From the NCBI GenBank assembly GCA_964270895.1, contig OZ185446.1: 64,000 nt of DNA; one strand, given 5' to 3'. This document shows positions 47,443 through 60,101 of the stretch, one piece after another. Origin of the DNA: Podarcis filfolensis (Eukaryota). The notes under the pieces are model-generated. The model was not told where the DNA came from. It saw only the letters and a program-made list of their open reading frames with translations, and did not search any database. The stretch's first letter is position 1. Each line of letters opens with the position of its first letter. The position numbers were made by a program, and so were the translations under genes.

Positions 47443-48497
47443 ATGTCCTACAGGAAAGCTGAAGGATTTAATCCAGACTGGCAGCAGTATGTGGACAGAC
47501 AAAACCATGAACTTCTGGCAAATGGGGACAAGATGAGGGCGGCACTTCTCAGTATCTGTGTCAGTAAAAGTTATGCACTTTAAAAAAAGTTTGCTCAAAC
47601 TACAAAGCCCAAGGAATCAAAGATTGGCAGAGCAGTAAAAGACCTTGTCAACACTATTGTACAAAGTCAAGTATGTGTGGAATGTGTCAAATTTCATAAC
47701 ATGATGAGGAAGTGAATCTGTATCGAAGTATACAGCTATCTCAAAAACAACAACTAAACACTGGTGCTTGGGGAATGTTCTAGAGCAGCGTTTCTAAAAT
47801 GGTGGTCCTCCTCTGCTTGAACTATTGGATTCGGCAGTGTGCCAGGGGCTAACATTGTACTAGGTATCTTCCAGCTCCACATATTCTGTGTAACTACTCC
47901 TTCATTTTAGTTTGTTCAGAAAACACTAAACTTTCCTTAGCTCTTGCAAAGATGAATTTTTTGCTTCATGTGCATTAATTTATTTTAATTTTTGTTATCT
48001 AATGTTCTCAGCAGAATATCACCCAAGGCAATTTACTATTAAATCATAACTAAAACAGGAAAGAAATAATCTAGCAAGCACACAACTTTTCAAATGTATC
48101 TTTACTAAAGAGCTACTCTCTCCCCTGCAATTATATGTTGGTACAGAGATCAACCTTTGTTCTGAGAGGCGGGGCGAAATGTACTTGGCAATATATGCAT
48201 TGCAAAATTATTTTATTTTTGTCTGCAATCATTTTTGGCTTCCACGTGTTTTTAGTTCTTGATCTGGGCACACACAGCCCTATGTTGTAGGTTGCAAGTT
48301 ACAAAATACTCATATGTTCTTACAAAGAGCTATTTGTGTGTTTCTCAGGAAAATAACGTATAACACAACCCTTTAAGAGTTTCATTGTCTCATGGTGAGC
48401 TGGAAGGCCTACAGCTGGAAAGACAAGTAACAATGAAATGTGCCTGTGCTGGCCCTTGTTCTTTAGCCCACCCTCCCATTGGAGATTCAGCTGGCAC

Positions 48498-48891
48498 TAG
48501 GGATGAGGAATAAATTTGATTTAGTTCATATTCAAAGGCCTCACTTTCTGAAGCAATACATGAAGTGAAATGCAGCCACCCCTTGAAATTCACGTTACCA
48601 AATTTTGCAATGCACTTCTCCAGCCTTAATATGTACAAAAATGCATGTCAAACTGAGGCAAAGTGTGCTTAAAAATAATCAGTGAAACTATCAGTGAAAA
48701 TGCATATCCACTGGAAGGAATGTGGGTTTGCAATGATTCGTATATTAGACAAAACTGTATAGGAATGTGAATAGTCAGAGACATTCAGACACAAAAATCA
48801 CAAGTTGATGTGGAAATGTTGAGACCTCAAATCAAAACGGGAAAAATTGGAAACCAAGAGAAAGCAAAACTGACAGATTTGCCCATCCCTA
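48498..48891. mobile_element. Intact hAT MITE with Ac-like TIR
   Basis: TAGGGATG...CATCCCTA termini; perfect 8-bp TSD gctggcac (48490-48497 and 48892-48899). Confidence 0.93.
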
Positions 48892-50806
48892 GCTGGCACC
48901 TTCACTGCACCATCAGAAATTAAATTAAGGGTGCAATCCAATCCCTACCAAAAAGGTGGCTGAAGAACCACTGAAACAACAGCATTGTCACTCTGGCAAC
49001 AAATATGGAGGCACACCTCACAGAGCTATAATTCCCAAAGTTCCCGGGGAAGAATGATTGATTGAGAAACTACTGTGAGAACTGTTACCAGGAGCTCTCT
49101 GTGGACCAGCAATGTTTGGTCCACCTTGCCGCATTCTCCATTGGGTTCCATCATCAGACCAGAACATGTCAAGCATTCTATTTAAATAAGGAGTGTCATG
49201 TTTGGGAATGTGGCGTCAGTAGCTGCTCCATTCTCTTAGTATTTCATAGGCTTCAGGACAAAGTCCTTGTTACTCTAGGATGTGGGCCAAGAGTTCTTGA
49301 CAACTCAGTAAAGTTCTCTTTGGCGGGAATCATAAGTTGAAGCATGGCACTATAAATGTGTTCTAACAAACACTGTGTCAAATGCAAGACGCTGGAGACA
49401 GATTTTGCCAATATGCCACTGATGCAATTTAAAGAATTTTTTTTCTCTTTTATTGAAGAACCAGATATTTTAATGCCATCATCATCTCAGGGGTGTCTGT
49501 AGAGTGGATGTATTGATTGAAAATGTCTAGTAAACCAGACGGGAGTTGGGTTCCTACTGAGGGTAATTGGCGAGCCAACATGACCGGGATGAAGGACTGA
49601 GGGCTGGAGTGATCATTCTGTGGTATTATAGCAGTGGACAAAGCTGAATGGTAACTTTTGAATAAATGTGTTTTTAGTAAGATTTACTTAAAGAAAGAAA
49701 ATGTCCAATCGCCCCTCAGTAATTTGATCCATTATTTGTAAGTTGCTTTAATGTTTTTATTGTACACCACCATGATTTTTAAAAATAAGTTGCAGAAATA
49801 CTCTTAAATAAATCAATAAGGTTATAAACATCACTTGTGATTTTAAATGGGATAAACCCACCAGGGCTTAAAATCCATTAATTGTTACAAAAGTTTTGTA
49901 CGATACTGTACTAAGTTCTCTCCTCTATATGACCATGCTAAGCAACACAGACTCTCCATACTTTAAAGTCTTAAGGCTATGCACTTTAAAGGTTCTTAAC
50001 ATTTCTTAGTTCAGAGGGGCTTAAATCCTTTACATGATATTTCCAGGGATCACATTTCACAAATCCAGATTTTTGCATAGCCAGACTTCCTTAGAAATCA
50101 CGAAGATTAATGAGTGAACTTTCACCTCAGCAGAGAGAGGCACAGCAAATAAAAGGAGATGAAAGTTTTAAGCAGGGGTGGGGGGTTGAGAAAGAGATTT
50201 GCTTTACCATGTAAATGTAATTGTTCAGGCTGAAAATTAAATTACATTTAGAGGGTAGTATCTTAAGCCCATTGCTAATTATACTTATGTGAGTTTCAAC
50301 TCATTAAATTTAGATAATAATTTTGCAAAAGAGGAAAAATCTAACCAGTAAAACTGCCGGCTTTCCAGACTTGCTATCTTTCTAGTTCCATTATGGCACC
50401 TTGCCATACTATGAGTGATATCCAATGTCAGCCTTACTCAGAAAGGATCCGTTGAAATCCATGGAGTGTGACTTAATTGGATATTACCTTTGGTGATATC
50501 CAGTTGTGGCAGCCCACTCGTGCAAGAGCCATTTCACTAGCAGGAGCCCCATTCTTAGAATAGGACAACAGCAAACTCCAGTGGGTGTCTTGTAAAAGCT
50601 GTTGTGCAACCCCTAGTGCTTTTATAGTGTCTTTTTATGTTGCGACCGAGATTTGTGGACAAAGGGTGGCATACAAATTTAACAAATAAATGGGAAATAA
50701 CCAAGCTGCTTTGCTTGTACCCAGGGACAGTTGAATTTTGTGCACTACCTCTTGTGCTTCTGCTGGCACAACTGCTTGTGCAATTTCATCTTTTGCTAAT
50801 GTTATA

Positions 50807-51043
50807 CAGTGGTACCTCAGGTTACATACACTTCAGGTTACATACGCTTCAGGTTACACACTCCACTAAGACAGAAATAGTGCTTTAAGAACTTTGCTTC
50901 AGGATAAGAACAGAAATCGGGCTCCGGCGGCGCGGCAGCAGCAGGAGGCCCCATTAGCTAAAGTGGTGCTTCAGGTTAAGAACAGTTTCAGGTTAAGTAT
51001 GGACCTCCGGAATGAATTAAGTACTTAACCTGAGGTACCACTG
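50807..51043 (-). mobile_element. pogo/Tigger-like MITE
   Basis: CAGTGGTACCTC...GAGGTACCACTG with TA flanks. Confidence 0.95.
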
Positions 51044-52499
51044 TACCTCCTATGTTTTCATAAGTGAGTGTGCCAAGTTTTAAACCGCAAAGACCAGGAA
51101 CTCCCAGCCCTTCAGCTGTCCAGCAGTTGTAGCCAGAGGTTCTTACCAGAGAACAGTTGAATTGGCCACCACTGGGGTCAGACCTAATGTCTTGTTCAAG
51201 TCTAAATATGGTGCCTGTGGAAAGCCAGTTGCTGACCACAGCATTAGTCAGACATGAAAACCATGAAAAGATTTCCAGATGAGTTTGGTGGTTATTTCCC
51301 AGTCGAGGCACCAAATGCTTTAAAAAAAACCAAACCCCAAAAAGCCAAGGACACTAATTTGGGGTTTCACAGAAGAGTTACTGGTACTTCCCAAAGTTGC
51401 CAAATTACACATACAGCATTTCACAGTGGAAACAGTGCATCTCACATTAATTTATTTTTTTAAAAGAAATGCACATAGTCTTACACATTCTGAGCAGTTT
51501 GAAATTCAGCCAGGACTTTAGCACCGCAACTTCATGACATTCGGCAAGTTTCTTTTGGTGGGAGTAAAGGGGAAAATTATTTCTCCTGAAATGTTTAGGC
51601 CCGAATAGCAATGCTTTAATTTAATTCTGGAAGAAAATCTGTTTTCTAACGAGAGCCAGAGAACTATGTTTTAATCAGGGGGATACACGAGCATTTCTTG
51701 TTAAAACAATACACTGGTCAATGGCAAACATGCAGTGGGCCAGAAAACATTTTGTTAGCCTTGCATTAGAAGGAACATTTTGAAAATGCTTAATGGGAGT
51801 TGGGAGGGTTTTTCTTTTCTTTTAACAAAGCAGGAGGAGGAGGATTGGGAAACAAGAGAGCTGTAAACTCTTTCCATGAGTTTTTGTGTACAAAATCCTC
51901 CTCCTAAGGAGGAAAGCCTTGAGTGAGAGAGGCACAGGGAAGAAAAAGAGGGAAATTAAATTTCCCCATTTGCCATCAAATCTGTGTAGCTTTGCTCAGC
52001 TGCTATTCCAACTTTCTACCTCCAGAGAATCCTTTACACAGGGATGTATTTCCCAAAGAAACTGTGACACACGTGTGTGTGTGTGTGTGTCCCTGTCCCT
52101 GCCATAGCTGTCAACGTTTTCCTTTTTAAAAGGGAAATTCCCTTATTCCGAATAGGATTCCTCACATGAAAAGTTGGCAGCTATGGTCCCTACACACATA
52201 GGGAAGGAAACTTAAATTGTCAGGGGTGTTCTTGGAACCAAAGCTTGGCTTGTATTTGTCCTTTTTAAAGAGGCACCCTGACCTGAGGTGCTCTGTGCAC
52301 TCTCCACTTCGATTTGTGCTCTTGTTTCTGAGTTGTTCTGTATTGTTGCACGGCACCCCAATCCCCGAGCGGTGCAAGATTACAGGGGTTCCAGGCACTT
52401 ACCCCGGGTTCATGTAGGCCTGTGCAAAGCTTGTCTGAGGCGCGGGCCACAAGTCTTGTTAGAATAAAGCTATAAACTCAAACAAAAAAGCAGCCTGTC

Positions 52500-52779
52500 C
52501 CTGGAGATAGTGCAGGATAGTGCGCACCCTGGAAATGATCTCTTTCAGCTTCTGCCTTCTGGAAGAAGGTACAGGATTATAAAGACTAGGACTAGCCGCC
52601 TGAGAAACAGTTTCTACCCAAATGCAATTCTGGTTTAAAACGCAGTATAAGGAGTCTCTATAGGAGTATATTGCATTTTAAAATGGGGTTTCAGAGTTTT
52701 TAGGGGTTTTTGAATGTCTTATGTAGACTTTTCAATTTCATTGTTCTGTATGGGACAATGACAATAAAGATATCGTATT
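52500..52779 (+). mobile_element. Rex1/Babar LINE 3' fragment
   Basis: Translates EIVQDSAHPGNDLFQLLPSGRRYRIIKTRTSRLRNSFYPNAILV*, the characteristic Rex1 C-terminal HP..LF..LPSGRRYR...TRT.R..NSF.P.AI motif. Ends gacaatgacaataaag. Confidence 0.9.
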
Positions 52780-54051
52780 GTGGGGGCCCCTAGCTATCTT
52801 AGCTCTCCAAGGCCCAACACAAGTTTACCCAGCTGCCCCCCTAGCCCTGCTTGAACTTGGGCCTGGGTTTTGTGTTTCCTTTGGAAATGAAGCACAGCGG
52901 AGACTGTGGTGCCTTCATTATATATGGTTTACTTACATACATACATACATACATACCCACACACAACCTGAGCCTACATTGGAGGAGTTCACTGCATCAG
53001 CACCCCAAAAGTGTCTTGTTTCTCCCATAGAAGCAGACTTGGATTCAATGAGAAATCAAATGATGCTGTCAAATGTTGCTCCGACTCTCTCTCTTTCTAG
53101 CTTGCTGCTTTCCTTCTCGGTTACATCGCAGCAACTCAAGTTCAAACTTGGGCTTTGTCTTCTAACTATCTCTGAGTTGAGGGAGGCGCCCTACCCATTT
53201 GTCGCCTTACACAGAGGCCCTTTCCTTCATTTCCCTTAATGGCTCGTCACCCAGGCGATCACCTGAACACCGGAAGCTAGCCTGGCTTATATTTTAACAT
53301 TTGCTGGATCCAGGGGTTAGAAGGGTCTCGCAGGCAGCCTACTTCGTCCCGCCGCTCCGCAAACTCATAACAGTATGAAACAAAGTTCTGTGCTCACTAT
53401 TCACTATTAATGGGAAATCTGAAAATGACTAAGAGGCAGAAAAGCTATAGCCAAAGTGGATAAAATGTACAGGCACAGGAGCCCCATCACAGTAGATATT
53501 TGCCTGCCATATTGCAGACAAATAGGTCCAGGAGTGAAAGTGATCAATTTTGAAAGATTTTTCAGGCAGAGGTGGCTGAGTGATATGGATTACTATTTCT
53601 GCTTGTGTGTTTTAAAAAAACTTTATAGCTTTACATTGGCCTTTACTGCTTCTTTGTGTTCTCTGATGTCTCCCAGCTCTTAAAATGTGAGGCTGTCTAG
53701 AATGTTCTCTGTGGAATTATGAAGAGCTCTGGATTTTTCTTAGTTCATGGAGAGTGTATATATATATACATATACATAGAGAGAGAGAAGCTTAGGTGTT
53801 GTTTTTTTAAAGAGATAAATGAAACCTTTAATTTTTTTTTAATCCCCTGCTCAAGGATGCAGTCTCAGGAGACTATGCACAGGATCGCTATCATGATGAT
53901 CCTAATAAATTTTACCACTGTTCTTTGGTGAGTGGATGTGTATTCAATTAAGAAAAAAACTTTCAATTTAGCATACCGTGTTAAAGGTTTTTGATGTTCA
54001 CTCAAGATCCAAAATACTGAGAAATTCCAGCTGTTCAGGATCATGCCCTTT

Positions 54052-54918
54052 GTTGTTCTTGTTTAGTCGTTTAGTCGTGTCTGACTCTTCATGACCCCAT
54101 GGACCAGAGCACACCAGGCACTCCTGTCTTCCACTGCTTCCCGCAGTTTGGTCAAACTCATGCTGGTAGCTTTGAGAACACTATCCAACCATCTCGTCCT
54201 CTGTCGTCCCCTTCTCCTTGCGCCCTCCATCTTTCCCAACATCAGGGTCTTCTCCAGGGAGAGTCTTCTCTTCTAATGAGGTGGCCAAAATAGTGGAGTC
54301 TCAGCTTCAGGATCTGTCCTTCCAGTGAGCACTCAGAGCTGATTTCCTTAAGAATGGATAGGTTTGATCTTCTTGCAGTCCATGGGACTCTCAAGAGTCT
54401 CCTCCAGCACCATAATTCAAAAGCATCAATTCTTCGGCGATCAGCCTTCTTTATGGTCTTTATGGTCCAGCTCTTACTTCCATACATCACTACTGGGAAA
54501 ACCATAGCTTTTACTATACGGACCTTTGTTGGCAAGGTGATGTCTCTGCTTTTTAAGATGCTGTCTAGGTTTGTCATTGCTTTTCTCCCAAGAAGCAGGC
54601 GTCTTTTAATTTTGTGGCTGCTGTCACCATCTGCAGTGATCATGGAGCCCAAGAAAGTAAAATCTCTCACTGCCTCCATTTCTTCCCCTTCTATTTGCCA
54701 GGAGGTGATGGGACCAGTGGCCATGATCTTAGTTTTTTTGATGTTGAGCTTCAAACCATATTTTGCGCTCTTCTCTTTCACCCTCATTAAAAGGTTCTTT
54801 AATTCCTCCTCATTTTCTGCCATTAATGTTGTGTCATCTGCATATCTGAGGTTGCTGATATTTCTTCCGGCTTATCTTAATTCCAGCTAGGCATTCATCC
54901 AGCCCCGTCGGTCGCATG
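54052..54918 (-). mobile_element. 5'-truncated BovB (RTE) LINE
   Basis: Minus ORF MAENEEELKNLLMRVKE...GLKLNIKKTKIMATGPITSWQIEGEEME...VKAMVFPVVMYG is classic BovB; (CAA)-like tail; 9-bp TSD atgcccttt at 54043-54051 and 54919-54927. Confidence 0.97.
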
Positions 54919-56328
54919 ATGCCCTTTAGAGTCCCATTATTTAGTCAATACGGATATGGTATTTTATCCTGTGGTTATTTCCAAATGTACCACTACTTTG
55001 GAGCTGGATGGCTATCAGTGGAGTAGTGGTGGGCCTAAGTCTCAGATATGTTTGTTAACTGGAACATATACATGGCGTCTATGCACCTGAAGCTATTGTG
55101 CAACTGAAGCTATCAGTCCACATTTTAAGCACCCAACTGGAAATCTTTACATACGTTAAGTTTTTTTCCCCTACTTGAATATGATTGCATTTTGAGAAGG
55201 CCATGCTTAAAACTTTCTGATCAGGTGAACCTGGAATTGAAAATAAAAAACTTCTTATATTTTAACCTCCCCCTCACATTTCTCAAATCAGTTTTACTCA
55301 TCTCCTGTAGTCTCTCCTCCCTGTCTCTTTTCACATTTAACTAGTATCTTACTTCCCATCTCAAACTTCCACTTTATTTCACTCCTTTTTGCATTTCCAT
55401 TGATAGCTAATCCTTCTTTGGAAATTGTTTGCCACAACATTTTCCTTGTGGCAAAGAGTTCCATAGTTCAGCATTCCTCACGTTAGTTACAGACATTAGG
55501 TCTGGAGTTATTCTGTCTCAGCTCCCCATTTTTTGAATAATGTGCTGAGCCATGCACTCAATTAGGCAGAACCTTTTTTTTAATCTAATATCTCTCTTCC
55601 CCCATGCCTCTCAGAATCTGTCCTCCCCTTCTCCTTTCATAGTTAGCTTGAATCTTATCACATCCCCCCACAAACTGCCACTTTCCCACATCCATCCTAT
55701 TACATTCAGTTTTACTTTAAAAAAAAACAAAAACCAAGCTATTATCTCTTCTTTAATTTCCTTCAACACCCCCTCTAGTCTTCTCCGTCAGAGAAGTGAG
55801 AGATCTCTTCTCTGTCCTCTGGCATTGGTCCAAGTGAAAGGCTATACAGTGATGGGTGATGGCTTTCCTCTCAAGCCATCGAGAGGCAGGGCTGGTTCAC
55901 ATTGAGCACATGTGTGTGAATATTGTTATCATCTCCATAGGCTTACATCGTTTGGGGAAAATCCTTGTTAATTAAGACTACAAACATGTTACGCTAAATG
56001 ACACACACTGGACAATCCCCCTGATCTAACAAAAAACCCTCAACCCAGTACAAATGGAGAAATATTTTCCTAAAGTCCACCTCAGCAAAGCCAGTGGAAA
56101 AATGGATACTATCTGTCAAAATGCCAGTCACTCATCAAACCTTTATCTCATTCAGAATTAGTGATGTCAGATATTTAAATGAAAACAGAAATGGAAGCAG
56201 CAATTGCCAATGTTCACTTACTCGTCCCGTTTCTGGAACGGAAACGAATCCAGTTTTTACAGTCATTATTCACTGCTGTTGTTGCTTTCAGTCTGCAGCT
56301 GATATGCAATATATTTATTTCTCCCCAT

Positions 56329-56560
56329 TTGCATTGTGTTCCCTTTACGCTGAAATGAATGGGGTGGAATAATGTAATGACAATCTAACTTAGGTGATTT
56401 GCATAATTAATTACATAAATTGTGTAAGTTATGTAATTTTTCCGCAGCAGACAGTGAGCCAAACAATGTAGTTTTTGGTGGACAACTAACTGCAGTGGAA
56501 GGGAAACAGTGCGGCACTACAAGGCTGAATGGCAAGTAATGCCTTCTTACTTTCCTGTTC
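56329..56560 (+). repeat. Ancient diverged repeat (copy B) with TTAYRTAA array
   Basis: Collinear with 20527-21145; core attaattacataaattgtgtaagttatgtaattttt. Confidence 0.8.
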
Positions 56561-57177
56561 ATAACAAGTCATTTCTTATCATTTCTACGCCAAATTCAGC
56601 ATAGACTTTTCACATTATGGACACCCTCTGGGACATGGCCATGGACGCTCCTTGGAAGATTAGTTATGAGGGCTGTCATGCTGAACTTCCACACCTTAAA
56701 ATTTAACACTATATTACTGTTTAAGATTTTTTTTTTTACTTATTCTTTCTCCATGTAGCTGCATTGCCCCATTCTGCTGAATGCAGGGAAACTTTAATGT
56801 AATCATGTAGTCAAAACAACACATGCATATCTCCCCAAAGAGGGCCTGAATTGGAGAAAGATTACACAGTAAGATAGCTCTGACAACTTACACTGAAGAA
56901 CATATGTATAAATAGATTATAAAGCAGAATTCATGTAAACATTAACATTCCATACAGTATCTAGCTATCTATCTGGAGGAGCATAGGCCATGGGTAAAAA
57001 AAATGCAAAATGAGGGTGAAATCACTTAGTGGGGCAACCATGGGAAACTTTAGAGGTAAGGCGCGGGAGCTTGTAATTGATGCTGAAAGAGATGGAAACC
57101 CAGTGCAGACCATTTGTTTTATTTGTATTCCAATCCATCTATTCAGTATTTGGAGAGTGCACTAACCTGCCTAGGTC

Positions 57178-57313
57178 AGAGTTCTTCAGCCTTGGGTCGA
57201 CGGATGTTTTGAGACTAAAACCCCCATCACCCCTAGTCCAGTTTAGTGAATGGGAAGGGTTGATGCAAACTGTAGTCCCACAGCAACCGAGAACCCAAGG
57301 TTGGAAAAGGCTG
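57178..57313. mobile_element. Degenerate palindromic hAT MITE
   Basis: cagagttcttcagccttgggtc...gaacccaaggttggaaaaggctg inverted arms. Confidence 0.6.
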
Positions 57314-58894
57314 AACTGTTTGTTTGTTTTAAGAGAGAGAGAGAGACAGGCATGGGGTCAAGGCAATTGCTATAAAACGCTTCTCTTCCACCAGGTGCAT
57401 GTGAAATTACGTGACACCTTCACGGTGTGTCAGAGTAAGAGTGGCACTCACGTTGCGAGAAAACAGGTGTTGTTTTGCAGATCAAGACTCTAACCATTTA
57501 TTTTCCACCTGCTTTCTGCACACATGCAGACGGCTGTATTTTGTCAGGAGAGTCTGTTAACGGTGAAGGCCAAAGCGAACTTCAGAAAAAGAAAAGAAAT
57601 GTTTCTGCCTAAGTAGCCCATTTTCTATTCCACAGGCTCAGTGTACGGCATCCGTAATTGCAATCACCACCCAGGGGCTTTGGCAATAAATTTCAAGCAG
57701 GGCAGGACCTTCCATTATGAATGTGAAGATGGCTTTAATTTAAAAAAATCAATGTATTATTTCCAATCACTAGAATCCCGTGCCAGATGCAAAATCAATC
57801 CTTTCTTATTATAGTGCTTATATTCACCCTAAAATGCTATATTACACAGAGCGGTCATTATGGGAAAACTGGAGCCGGTTCTCAGCAAGCCAAAAAGTTG
57901 CATTGCAACAGCAAATTGCTCATAATAAATTGCTGTGTGAGTCACAACCTCTTGGATTCCTCAGACAGGCAGCTCTTTGTAGGGGTCACCTTTCCCGAAG
58001 AGGCTGGGGGCTTCGACATTTGTAGACATGGAAAATGGGATCGGGGACAAGCAATTAGGATATTTGCAATTTGTTAACAGGGTGTCAGTTAACAAAGCCT
58101 TTCGGAGAGAGCAGGGAGATAATGAAGATAAAGAGGGATGAGTTAGCGTTGGAGACAGAGAGTGCCCCCTCCTCACCTCACCCCTGAAGTCTCAATATGC
58201 AGACATCAGTAACGATGATGATGGAAATTAAGGGAGAACAATGCAACATCCGTCAGAGTTTCTTTTTCTTTTTTCCCAAATCAGTCAAATGAGCTTCAGG
58301 TGGATTTCCTGGCTCTTCTTTCATTCTACAGAATAAATTTAATTCAAGATAGTTGCAAAGGGTACATCATGACCACAAAAAACATATTTAAAAATCAATA
58401 CCATGAAATAAAAAAATAAATCTGCTTTTTATTTATTACATTCATAGCCAACCTTTCTTCAGCTGGTGCAGAATTTGGTGGCCAGGTTGCTCACTGGAGC
58501 AAGCCCCAGATGAGGACTTCCAGCCCCTGCAAATCAGGGTATGTGGGCCTAGGAAGCTACTTCATTTCCAGAGTGTTCTTGAATATTGATTTTTTTTCTT
58601 TTTGAGGCAGCTTACTAATTTTTTCCCAGCACTTTGGCAAAGTGAAATTCCCATGGGTGTCATATGTACGTACAAACCATTAGCATAATGGTGTTATAAA
58701 GAAATGTTACTCTTATGAAAACTGTTTCTTTCCGTGAGGAGTCTGAAGTCTCACTCTGTAGTACAGTGTGACACATTCTGTAAAAAGGAGAAATGAGACC
58801 ACACCATATATTTAAAGCATCAGTATACCACTTTAACAGCCATGGTTTCTCCCAAAGAATCCCGGGAAATGTAATTTGTTAGGACAGTGAGAGG

Positions 58895-59105
58895 ACCAAC
58901 AGTGAATAGCAACCTGGATTTGAATCTGTGGGACTTGGGTTCAAGTTGCCACACACTTGTTGGATGACCCTGGTCAGGCCACTATCTCAGCCTCAGTTGT
59001 CCATCTGCAAAATGAAAACAATAGTGATCTTTCTTACACAATTGCTGTAAAGTCAAATATAATTAACTCTATAGGCTCTCTGCAAATTAAAAATGCACCA
59101 TAAAT
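58895..59105 (+). mobile_element. MIR-like ancient CORE-SINE remnant
   Basis: cttgggttcaagtt...gaccctggtcaggccactatctcagcctcagttgtccatctgcaaaatga resembles the MIR core cctcagtttcctcatctgtaaaatgg. Confidence 0.65.
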
Positions 59106-60101
59106 GATGGAACTACAGAAAGTTTAATGTTTTTTTTAGTTCATTAATTGTGATAGTTTAAGAGGCGCAAACTAATTAAATATTTAAAACCCTTAAAATT
59201 ATATCATTTCTGCATGACTTCAGAAGTTCTTTATGTTCCACTTAGATGTTCTGGCTCATCAGAAATAAGGCTGAGTGAAAAGGTGAACCGCTTTTCACAG
59301 AAAACTTCTGGGAGGCATGAAAAGTGCCTCAGCTTTTAGCTGCTTTCCCTGCAGGGATTCCAGATAAGGTGATGTCATCACATAGACAAATCTGATTAGT
59401 TACGAGACATTGTATGATCATGTGATCCTTGACTGCCTGGGAATCACTATTTCCAGGAAGAATAAGGATGCTTCAGCATCAGTTGAACAGAACAGCGAAC
59501 AGCAGCAAACAGGCATGCATGAAGAAATATTACCGTTGAGGGAGGGGGGCAACTGAAGACCACCCCCACAAAACTTCTGTGTTTCAAGTCTGAAATCAAA
59601 CTACGTGAAAATTTGGCGCAGCTCTAAACAAAAACAGAAACAACCACCATTGCTTGTCTGGATAAATATTAAAACTGTAATTAAGAAGGAGGGAGGGAAG
59701 GACAGAGGGAGGGAAAGGTCCTAATTGCCAAAAACAAGGTAATTATGTGTTACAATAAACTATTGTAATAAATAATCATTTTGATTACTTTTTCCAAAGA
59801 ACTCTCTCCTAGGCAAGCTGCTTTTTCAGTTTACCAAAATATGAGAACTCACACATTCAGATAGCAGCTAGACCCAAATATACTCCCATCATACTTTCAT
59901 CTGGAGAGAGAGAGATTGATTTTTCGCAGGGGTTGGGGAACTACCAACCTAATAGGACACTTTGTGATCCCTGCTAGCAAAAAGTGTTCCCTAGAGGCTA
60001 TTATAATTATTATAATTTATATCCTGCCCCAGCAAGCAGTTGAACTACTGCTTTTTGCTCCAGCTACAACTTTTGGACAAAAGTCAAGGGCAGCTCCACA
60101 T

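Noticed and set aside
47067-47598. Repetitive SQ/KKQG-type ORFs (101-163 aa)
   Set aside because: Produced by the heptamer array inside the solo LTR.
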